This document shows, piece by piece, positions 1 to 10,669 of a stretch of DNA of 64,000 bases. Source of the DNA: a virus. Numbering within the stretch: position 1 is the stretch's first letter; every line of letters starts with the position of its first letter. The stretch covers positions 10,758-74,757 of IMG/VR virus record IMGVR_UViG_3300028844_005363, one strand, 5' to 3'. The position numbers and the translations under genes were made by a program. The notes under the pieces were generated by a model. It was not told the origin of the DNA. It searched no databases and saw only the letters and a program-made list of their open reading frames with translations.

Positions 1-3000
1 CTAAATTAGCTACCGGTTTTATAGCCTGAGCTGGTTTGCTCTTTAGAATGGCTGTCAGTGGCGCTACTGCCCATAATGCAGTTGCTTTAACCTTTGCATC
101 CAATGCTGTGGTAGCTCTATCGTAAGTAGCTGCAATAGTACCTTTCTTGGTATTATCCACACTTGCTAACGCATGAGCCATCTGCATCATAGCTTCACTG
201 CCATTCAGATTTTTAGTACCAGTAATGCGTTGCCCTAGTTGATCAGCTAGTCTTTCCACAATTTTCAAGAATGTAGAAGTAATGTCACCTGCCCAGATAT
301 TTTTCCATAAGCTATTTGCAGGTGCTACGGTCATATCCACTTTATCTAAGGCATTCATGAATGCACGGTTAGTTGTACCAAATACCAAAAATTCATGTAG
401 GTATGAGTTTCTACCAACACTGTCATTATTAGTATTGTTATAAATATAATCATAACGTAACTGTGCCGCTGCTAATTCAGTAGGGTAACTTAATGACTGT
501 TCGGTAATTACCACACCATCTCTGTCAACCATTTGGTTAGCAGAATTAATGTTTATGAAGTCTTTAGCTGTAATCTCCTTACGACTAATTTCCCACATCT
601 TTTCTAACTGACGCGAAACCAAACTATTAGCATTAATACCTATCTGTGTAACGTGATGCAGTAATTCATGTAAGTAAGTTTCTTGTGCACTCATTTGAGT
701 ACCGTTGGCTAACATACCACGTCCAATGTTTAAGAATACTTTATCGTTTTGGATAGCACCTACAGTAGTGTTACCACCTGAACGAACATGCAGCTTAATC
801 GGGTCCATTACTTTATTAACTAACGTACCAAGTAATTTCTCTAAATGCTTAGTGTGAGTAATAGGGTCACTTACATTACCTACTTTACCTAGCACATTGA
901 ATATCTGTTCAGAGTTCATGGCATCTACTTCGCGAGTACTTGAAGCCACAAAGTTCTCTATATCAATACTAGATACACCGTCAGAAAATAATGTACCTTG
1001 GTTTTCATCTACAGGTCGTCTTAAAACAACAGTTGTTACATCCGTGTCTGTAGAGAACAAATCAACTACCGTATACTCACTAGTCGCATTAACAGCATCG
1101 GTGATGTACTCGTAGTTAACTTCTTTTAGAAAGTTTTCCCCAATCGTTACATTAGTGTCGTTGGCTATAGCACCATCAGGCATAGATATTTGCACATCAA
1201 CTGGTACTACTTGCAAGTCATCCAATACTAAAGCTAACTGGTTCGCTCGCTCTGCTTCATACACTTCTAAGTTATTAAAGTTAATCTCAAACTCATTGCG
1301 TAATGTCCCAAGAAGTCTACGCCCTTTTCTAGTGTCCAAAGACTCAACAGCCTTATCTACTTCGTCCAAAAACTCTTTAGCAGTTTCTTTAGAGTAAATA
1401 CTTTTAGCAGTACGTTTAGGTGCGCGCTCTCCCGGTTTAGGTATGTTGAACGTTTCAAGAAATTCAGCTTCCACTTCTTGAAAACCTAATTCAGTTAACG
1501 AAGGTAAGTTAGTTTTATATGCACCACCTTCCCCTTTATTGTACTGCTGTACTACTGCAATTTTGTTTTTAATAACTGCGCGGTACTGCTGCGTTTCTTG
1601 CTGCATTACTTTAAGAGCAACTGACATATTAGGCAGTTCTTCAAAATCTGCAGGGAACATAGAAGCATACGCGTCAAGTACTCTTGAATGCATCTCTGCT
1701 ATGTTGTCTACGATACTAAAATCACTCATGGCAACATCAGTCATAGCCTTATTAAAAGTCTCAGTGCCTTTTTCTACATCATTAAGTGAGAATATTAAGG
1801 CATCATGTACGTTAACCGCAGCGTACTCAGCCATGGTTAAATACATAGTAGCAGCATCCATACCATGTACTTGACCAACTACAGCATTAGGACCAGCATC
1901 TTCAAATGTTTGGTTATAAGACATAGAGTTTAATGAACCAACTGGCTTAGTAGGTTTATTTGTTTGGTGCGTACCTGTGTGACCACGTTCATTGTATGAA
2001 TGAGGTTTGCTGTACTTATACTCGATACGAGATGTAGCATCCTTGGTTACAATGTTTTCTTTGCCTACAGGCATGAAACCATCTTCAACACTTTCAGAAA
2101 AATAGTTAGCCATTATAGGCATTACATTTTTAAGGTCGCGCTCTATTTCTAAATAATCTTCTTGGCTCAAGTCTACAAAGTTAGGGTCTAGTGCTTTACG
2201 TTCAGCCTTCTCTGACTCTATGCGCGCATGGTACATTTTCTTAAACATAGTGGTTGCTTCGCTAACGGCATTCACCAACAATTTACGCGACTCTACGAAT
2301 GTACCAAACTTCTCATCCATTGCTGTTTCTAGCGGTGCGCCAAAGTAGTCGCTTACCGTATCTACAAAATTAGCAACGTCTACTTCATCAGTTAAGCCAA
2401 CTTTCTTATCTAATTTAACTCGTTTACCTACAACGGTGTTTACTGCATTACGAAGTTCTTCAACACGTGCACGTGCCTTTGCACCTTCTGCTTTGGCTTC
2501 TGCTCGTTTGTCGAAGTTTTTAAGTGCTAGTACGCCTTTGTTAGAAGCTATGAACTTATCAGTTACTTCTATAGTAGCTAGGTTCTTAGCAATCTCTTCA
2601 TGCAGCTTATCCAGTACAGTCATAGAGAAGTTGGCTATAATTTTCTTAATAGCAGCACCGTAGTTAGAAGTCATTAGTGGGTCTTTAGCCAATTGACGAC
2701 CTAACTTAGTTACTACATCTAAAGCAGAAGAAGACTCTTTATCTTCTATAAACGAACCTACTATAGTTTCTAAAGCATTAAGCTTGTTAAGATTTACCTT
2801 GTTCTTTTTAAGGCGTTGCACAGCGCGCTGCTCACCTTTTGTAAGGTTATCGTAACCAACACCTGTAGTGATCACCTTTTTTAATTCTTTAAACGCATTA
2901 GTCCAGCCTAGTGAAATATCTTCATAGCTATCATAGTTGCCTGGTTGTTCACGCCATTTAGCATATGTCATATCTGGATCAGTAAACATACCAGTACGTG

Positions 3001-6000
3001 CAAGCATGGTTTCAAGTTGTGACCATGTAGATGCACCTACTATTTGAAGTAAGCTCAGTGCTACACCATTCGTTAAACCATCAACCTCACGACCGATGTC
3101 AGTAACAAACGATGTCTCGCCATTAGCATAGGCACGTTTCTGTGAAGCCAATGCAGATATACCATCTAGGCTAAACATGTTGTTACCACCTGCTTGGATA
3201 CCAGCAAGTAAGGCTGCTTGGTTCTCAGGAGTATGCCCCCAATCTTCAATAGCGATATATGCATCAACAGCTTCTTGTATTACTGGCTTATCAATAGTGC
3301 TTCTCGCAGATGCAACACCAGCAGCAATTGATTCTTTATCTGGTGATGTGCCTAATGCTTCACCTACGGCGATATAGAAGTTATCCATCAGTTGTAGGTC
3401 TGACTTACCAATCTTCACTGTGAATGACTCAGGCGCTATTACATGCCTATGGTTCTTATCTGTTTGAATATTGATAGTGTTTGATGCAATACCCATTCGG
3501 AAGTTTTTCCATACCACATGCATGAAGTAGAACGGTGATGTTTTATCCGCACTACCATCCCAGAAATCACGCATATGCTGTAAGCCACGAATCTTAGCTT
3601 CGTTGTTACGTAGTATAGAATTATGGTTTAGTGCATGCTCACCTGATAGGTCATGTTGTACCCCGCCGATCACTTCTTGAGCTTCTTCATCAAGTGACAG
3701 CAATACACCCATTAAACCAGTCTTCCAAGTATGCTTAGTGTGTGACGATTTCTCAGCAATCTTTTTAATTTTGCTTGGGATATTCTGATCACTAGCTAAA
3801 AGCTTCTCCTGCACAAACTCAGGAGGAGTATCATGTGGTGCTGTTACAGTTGACTCAACATCAAATAGTTTCTCCATTAGCTTACGTCCTGATGTCATAT
3901 CAGTAGTAAAGCGAGTTAGTGAAGCTGCCGGTGTAAATTTATTTACACTAGACTCAGCAACGTTAATAAACTTAGTGTTTTCAACTGAACCAGTTACAGT
4001 AGGTAAGCCTTGCACAAAGTTTAGTGTGTTGTTATTTACCTGAGTAATTTTTACTAAGCCTTGAGCTTCAAGCACATCAATAATTTGGAAACCAATTGAT
4101 ATTTCCATTTTACCTTTTAGAATAGCTTCGGTAGTTTTAGGTGCATTGATACCTAACGAGCGTAAATAAGTTTTACCTAGTTGTTCAGCTACAGTACGTA
4201 AGTTGTTACCTACATCAGCAAGCAAGTCTTCTTCTAAACGACTTACTATGTCATCTTGTTTCTTGTCTTTAAGTAGCGCATTAATAGCTGCATCATCATT
4301 AACGAAACCATCAAACGCTTTATCACCTAAGTAGTTGTAGGCAACGATAGCCATACCAGCAACAATATTACCGTCAGTATTATGACCAGTAATTGTATTA
4401 AACAATTCCTGTGATGGATTTCTGCCTGTGTATCGTGGGTCTGCTTTATTGAATGTAGCTTCAAAGTTCTCACGGAAGTCTTGTGTAAATTCCTGAATAT
4501 CAAGCAGCTTAGTACGCTCTTCTTCATTAAGGTCTTTAGCTACAGCCATATCGCTAATATCTAAATCAAAGAAGTTCTTTTCATTGGCTAAAACACTTTC
4601 AGTTTTACGTACTTTAAACTTACTCTTTAGGAATGCATTCTCTTCCAAAGCACGTTTAATTGTATAAGTAGGGCGCTCCAAAAAGTTCTTAGCTACGCGT
4701 AAACCAAAACGCTTAAACGGTGTATTGGCTCGCGCTTCGCTTTGCCCATTAGCGTAAACTTTAAGACCTGCTGTTACATCACGTAATGCTTGCTCACGGT
4801 TCTCAAAAGGTACTTTCTCAACAAACTTTTTAATAGAGTCTAAAATCTTATCTACTCGTTGTTTGCCGTCAGCTTTTTTAACCTTATTCAATCCAGTAGA
4901 CAGTGTTTTACGTAGGTTAGCTGTGTTCACATACTGACCAACATACTCACGAACAGTATCCAAGGCATCACGTTTGCCTATAGTTTCGTTCTGAATAGCA
5001 TCTACTTTTGCGTAAAGCTCTTTAGATAATTCTGTATCACCTATTTTTTCAGCGAATGCAGCTTGTTCAATAAGAGTAAATAATTCAGGGTTAGCTGATT
5101 TAGATGCACGGTTCTTAAGGTCTATGCTAGCAACGCGTCTAAGCGATTTTAAGGCACGTAATTGTTGTGCTGCCGTAAGTGCTTCACCACTATCTAATAT
5201 GCCTTGTACAGTCTTAGCTGCTTTGCTCTTAGGGAACTGTGAAACCAACTCATTAGTCTCAGTAGTCTGTATTGCTTGAGTTGCTTCATAAGCATCTTTT
5301 GCTTTTGTTGAGCCAGATTCTAAATCAGTCAATACATTAAGTGCTGTAGCTAATGAACCATAACGCTTAACTAACTCACGGTTAGCTAATTCAGTTTGTT
5401 TAAATGCATTCTTACTTTCAGATGCAAAGCGTACTGATGTATCAAAAGCTTCCTTTAATTCAAGGTCAGGCATTACAGCGAAGTCAGTAGCAATATTACT
5501 TGGTACGTCAGCGGCAGTAATCTCAGGTGTTGAGTCATTGTTGATAGTGATACCAGCTTCGGCTACAGCAGCTTCCCATTCAGCAGTAACCGCAGCATCA
5601 CTTTCTGATATTGGCGTACTATCAATCGCAGCTTCTACAGATTTAGTTGTAGCTTCTGATGTTGTAACCACCGGCACTACTTCACCATTAGGTGTGATAG
5701 GTGCAGCTTCTGTTACTTTTGGTTTATTACCAAATTTTTTCTGCATCATTAATGACGCTTCTGATAGTGCATGTTTAAGTGCAAAAGCTTCTGCTTTCGT
5801 AGCAGCTACTAATTTACCAGTAGTATTATCAATAGTGATACCGGTCTTCTCAGCTATACGTGCAACTTCTGGGTCATTAGGATTTTTCTTATAAGCAGCA
5901 AAACCTTGTTTAAGTGCCAGGTACTTTGCCATGTGACCTTTAGCAAATGATGCAAAATTATTTATGGCAGATGTTGCACCGGCAGTGTCATTATTATCAG

Positions 6001-8506
6001 TGGCTAATTGGATCACGTTCATGTGATCAACTAAACCCATATTAGTCTCACTACCCTCAAACACTTCACGATTTACTTCTTCAAGTGTTTTGGCTTGCTC
6101 TACTGCTTGTTGAGTAGATACATATGATTTAATACGCGAGGTAGTTTCAGCAGTTAAACCATCTGCTTTAAGTAAGTCACTTGCTTGCTCTGATGAAGGA
6201 GCTGAGTTTAATACTTGGTTCGCAGTACTGTTAGCATCCGTTGGGTTACTAATTTCAGCAATAGAAGTAATTGCAGCAGCCAAGTCTTCTGAGCTTAATT
6301 CATCAAAGCGTTTCATCTGACCAACAGCTTTAATGTACTGAACCATCTTGGCTTGCTTTGCGGCTACAGCTTGTTGGTCTTCAGGGGTTGCTATTGCATC
6401 TGTCTCAGCAGTAACTTCTTTATACAAGTTAGTTATGTGAGTACCTACTTCCTGAATTTTTTCAGCAAGTGGTTTGTCTGGATTACTTTCCAATACTTTA
6501 CGTGACAACAATACAGCCAATGCATCTTCTGCTTTGTACGTATCTTTAGTGCTATCTAAAATAGCCGCCGTGTTACCTGATGCAATTGCTGATTCAACGC
6601 GCGCAGTACGTTTGATTGATTCAGGAACCAAAGTAGATGCATTAGGTACGTCTATTTTATCTAGCACCTTTTTAACCGCAGTGCCTACTTTAACTAGGTC
6701 TTGTGTACCACCAGATACTACGCCCGCACCAGCACCAGTAAGTCCACCAGCTAAGCTACCCGCAGCAATACCAGCACCAGTACCTTTAGTAATACCAACA
6801 TCTTTATCAGCAAATACTTTTACAGCAGTGTTAGCTGTAGTTTGACCTAGACCAGACTGACCAGCTTCCTCAAGCGTTTCGCGTATAGCACCTGCCGCAG
6901 GTTGGGTTAGTATTTTAGGTATCGCTTTATCTAAACCACCAAGTCCTGTAAGTAAATTACCTTCAAATTTTGAAGCACCTGTTGCCTTAGAAATTAAACC
7001 AGCACCTAAACCTACCATTACTAATGTAGTGTCAAAGGTTCTTTTTGATAGTTCCATACGAGCATCTTCAAAGCTCATACCTTCTTTACGTAAATCTTGG
7101 TACTGAATATTAGATGATAGTGTTTCTTCTGATTTACCAAGTACTCTCGCCTTAGCATCTACCGCATTAGACAAACCTTCTGATGCACTTACATAAGCCA
7201 AGTTGGCTCTTGATGCAGCTTTACTTAACGCAGCCTTACCCACATCACTAGCTTTATAAGCAGTAATTTCAGCAGCAGATAAACCACTAAGTTTAGATGC
7301 TTGAGCAGCTTTACCTACAGCACCACCAGCAAATAGTTGAAGTGAGCTTTCTAAAGCCACATCGTATAAAGCTAGCTTATTGGTTTTGTAGCTCTCGAGT
7401 GCCGCCCCAATATCACCACCAAGGTCAACAACACTAGCGCCAAGTTCTGAGTAACCTTGATTAAGCATTTTCTCAATACGAACTTCGCGACCTTCGTCAC
7501 GTATTTGACCAGAGCGAGCCACTTCTTCTAATTCAGATTTAACCTGATCACTATTAAAGTTATCGGTAATAAATTCACGCGCTTGGTTAAAATTTTGTGA
7601 TAGCGCTTGGTCATTACCAGTAAGCTTTTTATTAATACGACTAGATATAGCATCTAAACTATCTGGTTTTAAATCAGTACCGGCTAATTGGTCTACAGCA
7701 CCTAATGCTTCGCTTACTGGATTCTTTCTTGATAACAGATCAAGTGCACCGTAAGCCATCTGTCCTAAACCTAAAGCACCTTTAGCACCTACAGCAGTAG
7801 CAATATCCTGATTTACTTCTAAGTCTGTTCTAGGCTCGCGTAGGTCTTTACCTTTGATAACAGCATCACGATGTTTAGAAACAGCGGCATCTAGTTCACG
7901 GATACGCTTTTCACTAGGTGTTAAGCCACGTGTCTCATCATAGTCAGGTGACACTTCTTGAGTAGGTTTGTACTTACTAATATTTTCAGGCGTAGCTGGG
8001 GCTACTCTTGTTAGTGTAGTTGGTGTACCTTCATGCGTATTCTGCTGATAAATATCAAGACCTTTAGTTACATACTGAGGTGTTTTCTCAAAAGGTGCCG
8101 TGACAGTATCAAATGCTGCTTTAGCATAAGCAAAACCATTATTGGTAGTTGGTTCATTTGTTGGTTCAGGTGCTTGTGCAACTACAGGGCGCTCAATATT
8201 TGGAGGTGTGAATGTAGGTATGCGTTGCACGTTCGGTGCAATATCAGTTTGTGCAAACAATTGTTGCTCACCTTCTGCATAAGGTCTTGATTCAGGCACT
8301 ACGTCTACAGGACGTTCAATAGCAGGTGCATTAGCTTCAGGGTTCATGTGATTTACAATGTCAGCAAGCATATCTGCATTTACATTTAGTGTACCGCGCT
8401 CGCCAGCACCCTGAATATTACTTGCAGTTTTTATTACATCTTCGGGTGACATACCACGGGCAATTAGTGTTTGTGCAATATCTCTGGTGCTTGGGGTGTT
8501 CGCCAT
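1..8506 (-). CDS. Virion-encapsidated RNA polymerase (N4 gp50-like), 3' end beyond the left edge
   Basis: ATG at 8506 (MANTPSTRD...) with AGGAG RBS. Same frame carries T7-family motifs EVDGLTNG (motif A, ~3080), RQLAKDPLMTSNYG (motif B, ~2660-2700) and VNVHDA (motif C, ~1805). About 2835 codons in window; probably missing from the ORF track because no stop falls inside the window. Confidence 0.96.
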   Translation of the reverse strand, partial: MANTPSTRDIAQTLIARGMSPEDVIKTASNIQGAGERGTLNVNADMLADIVNHMNPEANAPAIERPVDVVPESRPYAEGEQQLFAQTDIAPNVQRIPTFTPPNIERPVVAQAPEPTNEPTTNNGFAYAKAAFDTVTAPFEKTPQYVTKGLDIYQQNTHEGTPTTLTRVAPATPENISKYKPTQEVSPDYDETRGLTPSEKRIRELDAAVSKHRDAVIKGKDLREPRTDLEVNQDIATAVGAKGALGLGQMAYGALDLLSRKNPVSEALGAVDQLAGTDLKPDSLDAISSRINKKLTGNDQALSQNFNQAREFITDNFNSDQVKSELEEVARSGQIRDEGREVRIEKMLNQGYSELGASVVDLGGDIGAALESYKTNKLALYDVALESSLQLFAGGAVGKAAQASKLSGLSAAEITAYKASDVGKAALSKAASRANLAYVSASEGLSNAVDAKARVLGKSEETLSSNIQYQDLRKEGMSFEDARMELSKRTFDTTLVMVGLGAGLISKATGASKFEGNLLTGLGGLDKAIPKILTQPAAGAIRETLEEAGQSGLGQTTANTAVKVFADKDVGITKGTGAGIAAGSLAGGLTGAGAGVVSGGTQDLVKVGTAVKKVLDKIDVPNASTLVPESIKRTARVESAIASGNTAAILDSTKDTYKAEDALAVLLSRKVLESNPDKPLAEKIQEVGTHITNLYKEVTAETDAIATPEDQQAVAAKQAKMVQYIKAVGQMKRFDELSSEDLAAAITSIAEISNPTDANSTANQVLNSAPSSEQASDLLKADGLTAETTSRIKSYVSTQQAVEQAKTLEEVNREVFEGSETNMGLVDHMNVIQLATDNNDTAGATSAINNFASFAKGHMAKYLALKQGFAAYKKNPNDPEVARIAEKTGITIDNTTGKLVAATKAEAFALKHALSEASLMMQKKFGNKPKVTEAAPITPNGEVVPVVTTSEATTKSVEAAIDSTPISESDAAVTAEWEAAVAEAGITINNDSTPEITAADVPSNIATDFAVMPDLELKEAFDTSVRFASESKNAFKQTELANRELVKRYGSLATALNVLTDLESGSTKAKDAYEATQAIQTTETNELVSQFPKSKAAKTVQGILDSGEALTAAQQLRALKSLRRVASIDLKNRASKSANPELFTLIEQAAFAEKIGDTELSKELYAKVDAIQNETIGKRDALDTVREYVGQYVNTANLRKTLSTGLNKVKKADGKQRVDKILDSIKKFVEKVPFENREQALRDVTAGLKVYANGQSEARANTPFKRFGLRVAKNFLERPTYTIKRALEENAFLKSKFKVRKTESVLANEKNFFDLDISDMAVAKDLNEEERTKLLDIQEFTQDFRENFEATFNKADPRYTGRNPSQELFNTITGHNTDGNIVAGMAIVAYNYLGDKAFDGFVNDDAAINALLKDKKQDDIVSRLEEDLLADVGNNLRTVAEQLGKTYLRSLGINAPKTTEAILKGKMEISIGFQIIDVLEAQGLVKITQVNNNTLNFVQGLPTVTGSVENTKFINVAESSVNKFTPAASLTRFTTDMTSGRKLMEKLFDVESTVTAPHDTPPEFVQEKLLASDQNIPSKIKKIAEKSSHTKHTWKTGLMGVLLSLDEEAQEVIGGVQHDLSGEHALNHNSILRNNEAKIRGLQHMRDFWDGSADKTSPFYFMHVVWKNFRMGIASNTINIQTDKNHRHVIAPESFTVKIGKSDLQLMDNFYIAVGEALGTSPDKESIAAGVASARSTIDKPVIQEAVDAYIAIEDWGHTPENQAALLAGIQAGGNNMFSLDGISALASQKRAYANGETSFVTDIGREVDGLTNGVALSLLQIVGASTWSQLETMLARTGMFTDPDMTYAKWREQPGNYDSYEDISLGWTNAFKELKKVITTGVGYDNLTKGEQRAVQRLKKNKVNLNKLNALETIVGSFIEDKESSSALDVVTKLGRQLAKDPLMTSNYGAAIKKIIANFSMTVLDKLHEEIAKNLATIEVTDKFIASNKGVLALKNFDKRAEAKAEGAKARARVEELRNAVNTVVGKRVKLDKKVGLTDEVDVANFVDTVSDYFGAPLETAMDEKFGTFVESRKLLVNAVSEATTMFKKMYHARIESEKAERKALDPNFVDLSQEDYLEIERDLKNVMPIMANYFSESVEDGFMPVGKENIVTKDATSRIEYKYSKPHSYNERGHTGTHQTNKPTKPVGSLNSMSYNQTFEDAGPNAVVGQVHGMDAATMYLTMAEYAAVNVHDALIFSLNDVEKGTETFNKAMTDVAMSDFSIVDNIAEMHSRVLDAYASMFPADFEELPNMSVALKVMQQETQQYRAVIKNKIAVVQQYNKGEGGAYKTNLPSLTELGFQEVEAEFLETFNIPKPGERAPKRTAKSIYSKETAKEFLDEVDKAVESLDTRKGRRLLGTLRNEFEINFNNLEVYEAERANQLALVLDDLQVVPVDVQISMPDGAIANDTNVTIGENFLKEVNYEYITDAVNATSEYTVVDLFSTDTDVTTVVLRRPVDENQGTLFSDGVSSIDIENFVASSTREVDAMNSEQIFNVLGKVGNVSDPITHTKHLEKLLGTLVNKVMDPIKLHVRSGGNTTVGAIQNDKVFLNIGRGMLANGTQMSAQETYLHELLHHVTQIGINANSLVSRQLEKMWEISRKEITAKDFININSANQMVDRDGVVITEQSLSYPTELAAAQLRYDYIYNNTNNDSVGRNSYLHEFLVFGTTNRAFMNALDKVDMTVAPANSLWKNIWAGDITSTFLKIVERLADQLGQRITGTKNLNGSEAMMQMAHALASVDNTKKGTIAATYDRATTALDAKVKATALWAVAPLTAILKSKPAQAIKPVANL

Positions 8507-8599
8507 AACCGCTCCTAAATAGAGTAGTTAAGCTAACTACCCTGAAAATAAAATATAGATTCGGGGTAGTGTATTACTATTAACTAAATTTTGTTAGTC

Positions 8600-10033
8600 C
8601 TAGCGACTCTGTTGTTGAAATCTATCTGAAATACGTTTGATTGCATCAGTGTCCTCAGCTTTCAATGCAACACGTAATTGTCCTCGTAACTCATTCAACA
8701 CTTTCTGGCTCAGTACATCACGCTCACCGTTGGCTTGTGTGCTTGTATTGATAAGAGCATTGTATAATGTGTCACGGTCTGTTTTACCAGTCTCAGGGTC
8801 TTTAGCACCCGTTGCTGCACGCTGTAATTGAGCTGCTGTAAGTTTAACAATATTGGCTGGGTCATCAGTATTAGGATCATAATCTTTAATACCGATAATC
8901 TTGTCACCGCTAGGGTTATACTCATATGCTTTATTGCCCTGGCTAATACCTTCAAATAAATCTTTAGTAGCACTTTTTGTAAGGTCAGGTGAACCAAAAG
9001 CACCAGAGTCATACAGGTTAGTTACACCCGAACCAATTAAACCTAATGGACTAAAGCCTGTAGCTGCTCTACGTAGAAAACTTTCTTCAGGAGCAGCAGT
9101 GACAATTTCATCAATTGCAGCGCTATCTTCAGTTAGTTTCTGTTCAGCAGACTTCGGAGCATTAAGCTTAGTACGACTTTCTTCAAAAGCAATCTGCTCA
9201 TTAGCGTTATCATACAAAGCTTGGATACCCGCTTTACGTCTATCCTCTGCTTTCGTTTCTTTTTCGGTTTTCTTATTACCTGCATCAACGCCAGTAATAA
9301 AATCACTATTAGCTTTATTGACTAAAGATACTGGTAAATTCAGTTGACCCAAAGCATCTGCTAAAACACTACGTCCTGTAGCAGTATCACTAGAATTTGC
9401 AGCTTGTACTGCACTACCTACTAAGTTATCAACAAGGCGTGATTGTTCCTCTTCTCCTCTTTTAATATCACGTTGACCTATATTGTACTCATTAGTCGCA
9501 TCACCACGTTGTTGCTCAATTATACTGTTACGTAGTTGACCTGAATTAGATAGCGTAGGGTTATCCTCTAATAGCTTTTCTAAACCAGTATAGTCACGAC
9601 CAGCAAGCAATGACTGAGCAGCTATATTAATTGGCTTCTCTGCTTGAGTTGCTACTTGATCATTAAAGGCATTCTCTGATGTTTGGTCGGTACGTAATAC
9701 ATTATCACGACCTTGAAACTGAGTGAGTGCCTTACCAATATTTTGTTGGTTCAAACCAGCAGCGGCTAATTGCTCTGCTGAGAAATTACCTCCGGCATTA
9801 AGTTTGTTGTATTGCTCAAGTGACCCGATACCTTGAATCTGGTTCAACACTCCTTGCGTTAAGTTATCTTGTTCTGTCGCTGCCGCAGCTTCACGACCAC
9901 GTACGGTATTAGCAGCTAGTGCTTGTAATCCGTTGATGCTGTTTTGTACCCCAGCTATCGAAGCTGCGCGTAGGTTGTTAGAGTCGCTGAAATTAGGTCC
10001 ACCTACTGAGCGCCATGTAATAGGCTGCGCCAT
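8600..10033 (-). CDS. Virion/ejection protein (N4 gp51 position)
   Basis: Likely start MAQPITWRSV at 10033; Ala/Gln-rich helical protein directly upstream of vRNAP; synteny. Confidence 0.65.
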   Translation of the reverse strand: MAQPITWRSVGGPNFSDSNNLRAASIAGVQNSINGLQALAANTVRGREAAAATEQDNLTQGVLNQIQGIGSLEQYNKLNAGGNFSAEQLAAAGLNQQNIGKALTQFQGRDNVLRTDQTSENAFNDQVATQAEKPINIAAQSLLAGRDYTGLEKLLEDNPTLSNSGQLRNSIIEQQRGDATNEYNIGQRDIKRGEEEQSRLVDNLVGSAVQAANSSDTATGRSVLADALGQLNLPVSLVNKANSDFITGVDAGNKKTEKETKAEDRRKAGIQALYDNANEQIAFEESRTKLNAPKSAEQKLTEDSAAIDEIVTAAPEESFLRRAATGFSPLGLIGSGVTNLYDSGAFGSPDLTKSATKDLFEGISQGNKAYEYNPSGDKIIGIKDYDPNTDDPANIVKLTAAQLQRAATGAKDPETGKTDRDTLYNALINTSTQANGERDVLSQKVLNELRGQLRVALKAEDTDAIKRISDRFQQQSR

Positions 10034-10034
10034 A

Positions 10035-10598
10035 TTAACCCCCTGCCTTAGTATTAGCGCCATACTTCTGTATGTAATCACTAACAGCACTATCAATAAC
10101 TGATTGGTCTGTCTCACCAGCACTACGCAAACGTGTTGCTTGTCGAGTAGCTAAACGCTCATTCGTTAAGTTAGCACTATTTTCCAAATTAGTATTGGAT
10201 AAGTCTTTCTGGTAATTGAACTGATCCTTTGCTAACCCCAAACCTTTAATACCAGTGTAAGCACTTAGAAGACCATTAAGTGCACTTAAGCCAGTAGCCG
10301 CAGTGTTGAGGTTTCCATTACTAAAGAATGAACTATCCGCACCTTGTGTTAGACCACCAGTAGAAATTTGCCCACCTAAACCATTTTGTAACTGACCAGC
10401 TTGGTTTATACCTGTCTGGTCTGCTAGTAAGTTTGAAAAATCCATCTCACCTAAAGAAGTAAAATTACCAAAACCACTAGTATCTGTAGGTACACCTGTA
10501 CCTCCAAAAACAGTAGTAGCATTCCCTAATGGGCTTGTTGACTGTTTTTTTAGTAAGTCACTGAACCCATCGATATTGCCTGTGTAGCCGTTAGCCAT
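10035..10598 (-). CDS. Virion/ejection protein (N4 gp52-like)
   Basis: Gly-rich protein with hydrophobic segment then GLAKDQFNYQK; synteny. Confidence 0.65.
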   Translation of the reverse strand: MANGYTGNIDGFSDLLKKQSTSPLGNATTVFGGTGVPTDTSGFGNFTSLGEMDFSNLLADQTGINQAGQLQNGLGGQISTGGLTQGADSSFFSNGNLNTAATGLSALNGLLSAYTGIKGLGLAKDQFNYQKDLSNTNLENSANLTNERLATRQATRLRSAGETDQSVIDSAVSDYIQKYGANTKAGG

Positions 10599-10634
10599 CG
10601 TATTAACCCTTAAAATTAATTGAACCACCTCACT

Positions 10635-10640
10635 AGTATA
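10635..10640 (-). promoter_or_regulatory. Putative sigma70-type -10 box (TATACT), late promoter
   Basis: Same TATACTA on minus strand upstream of gene starts at 27973-27978 and 30332-30337; N4 late genes use host RNAP. Confidence 0.35.
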
Positions 10641-10669
10641 CTAAGGTGGTTGTGTTCTGCACAGAAGCT

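Noticed and set aside
897-8290. Many short ORFs over the vRNAP region, including minus-strand 4327-4527
   Set aside because: Shadow ORFs of the single long vRNAP frame; motifs A and C are in frame with the 8506 start, so no frameshift or split is needed.
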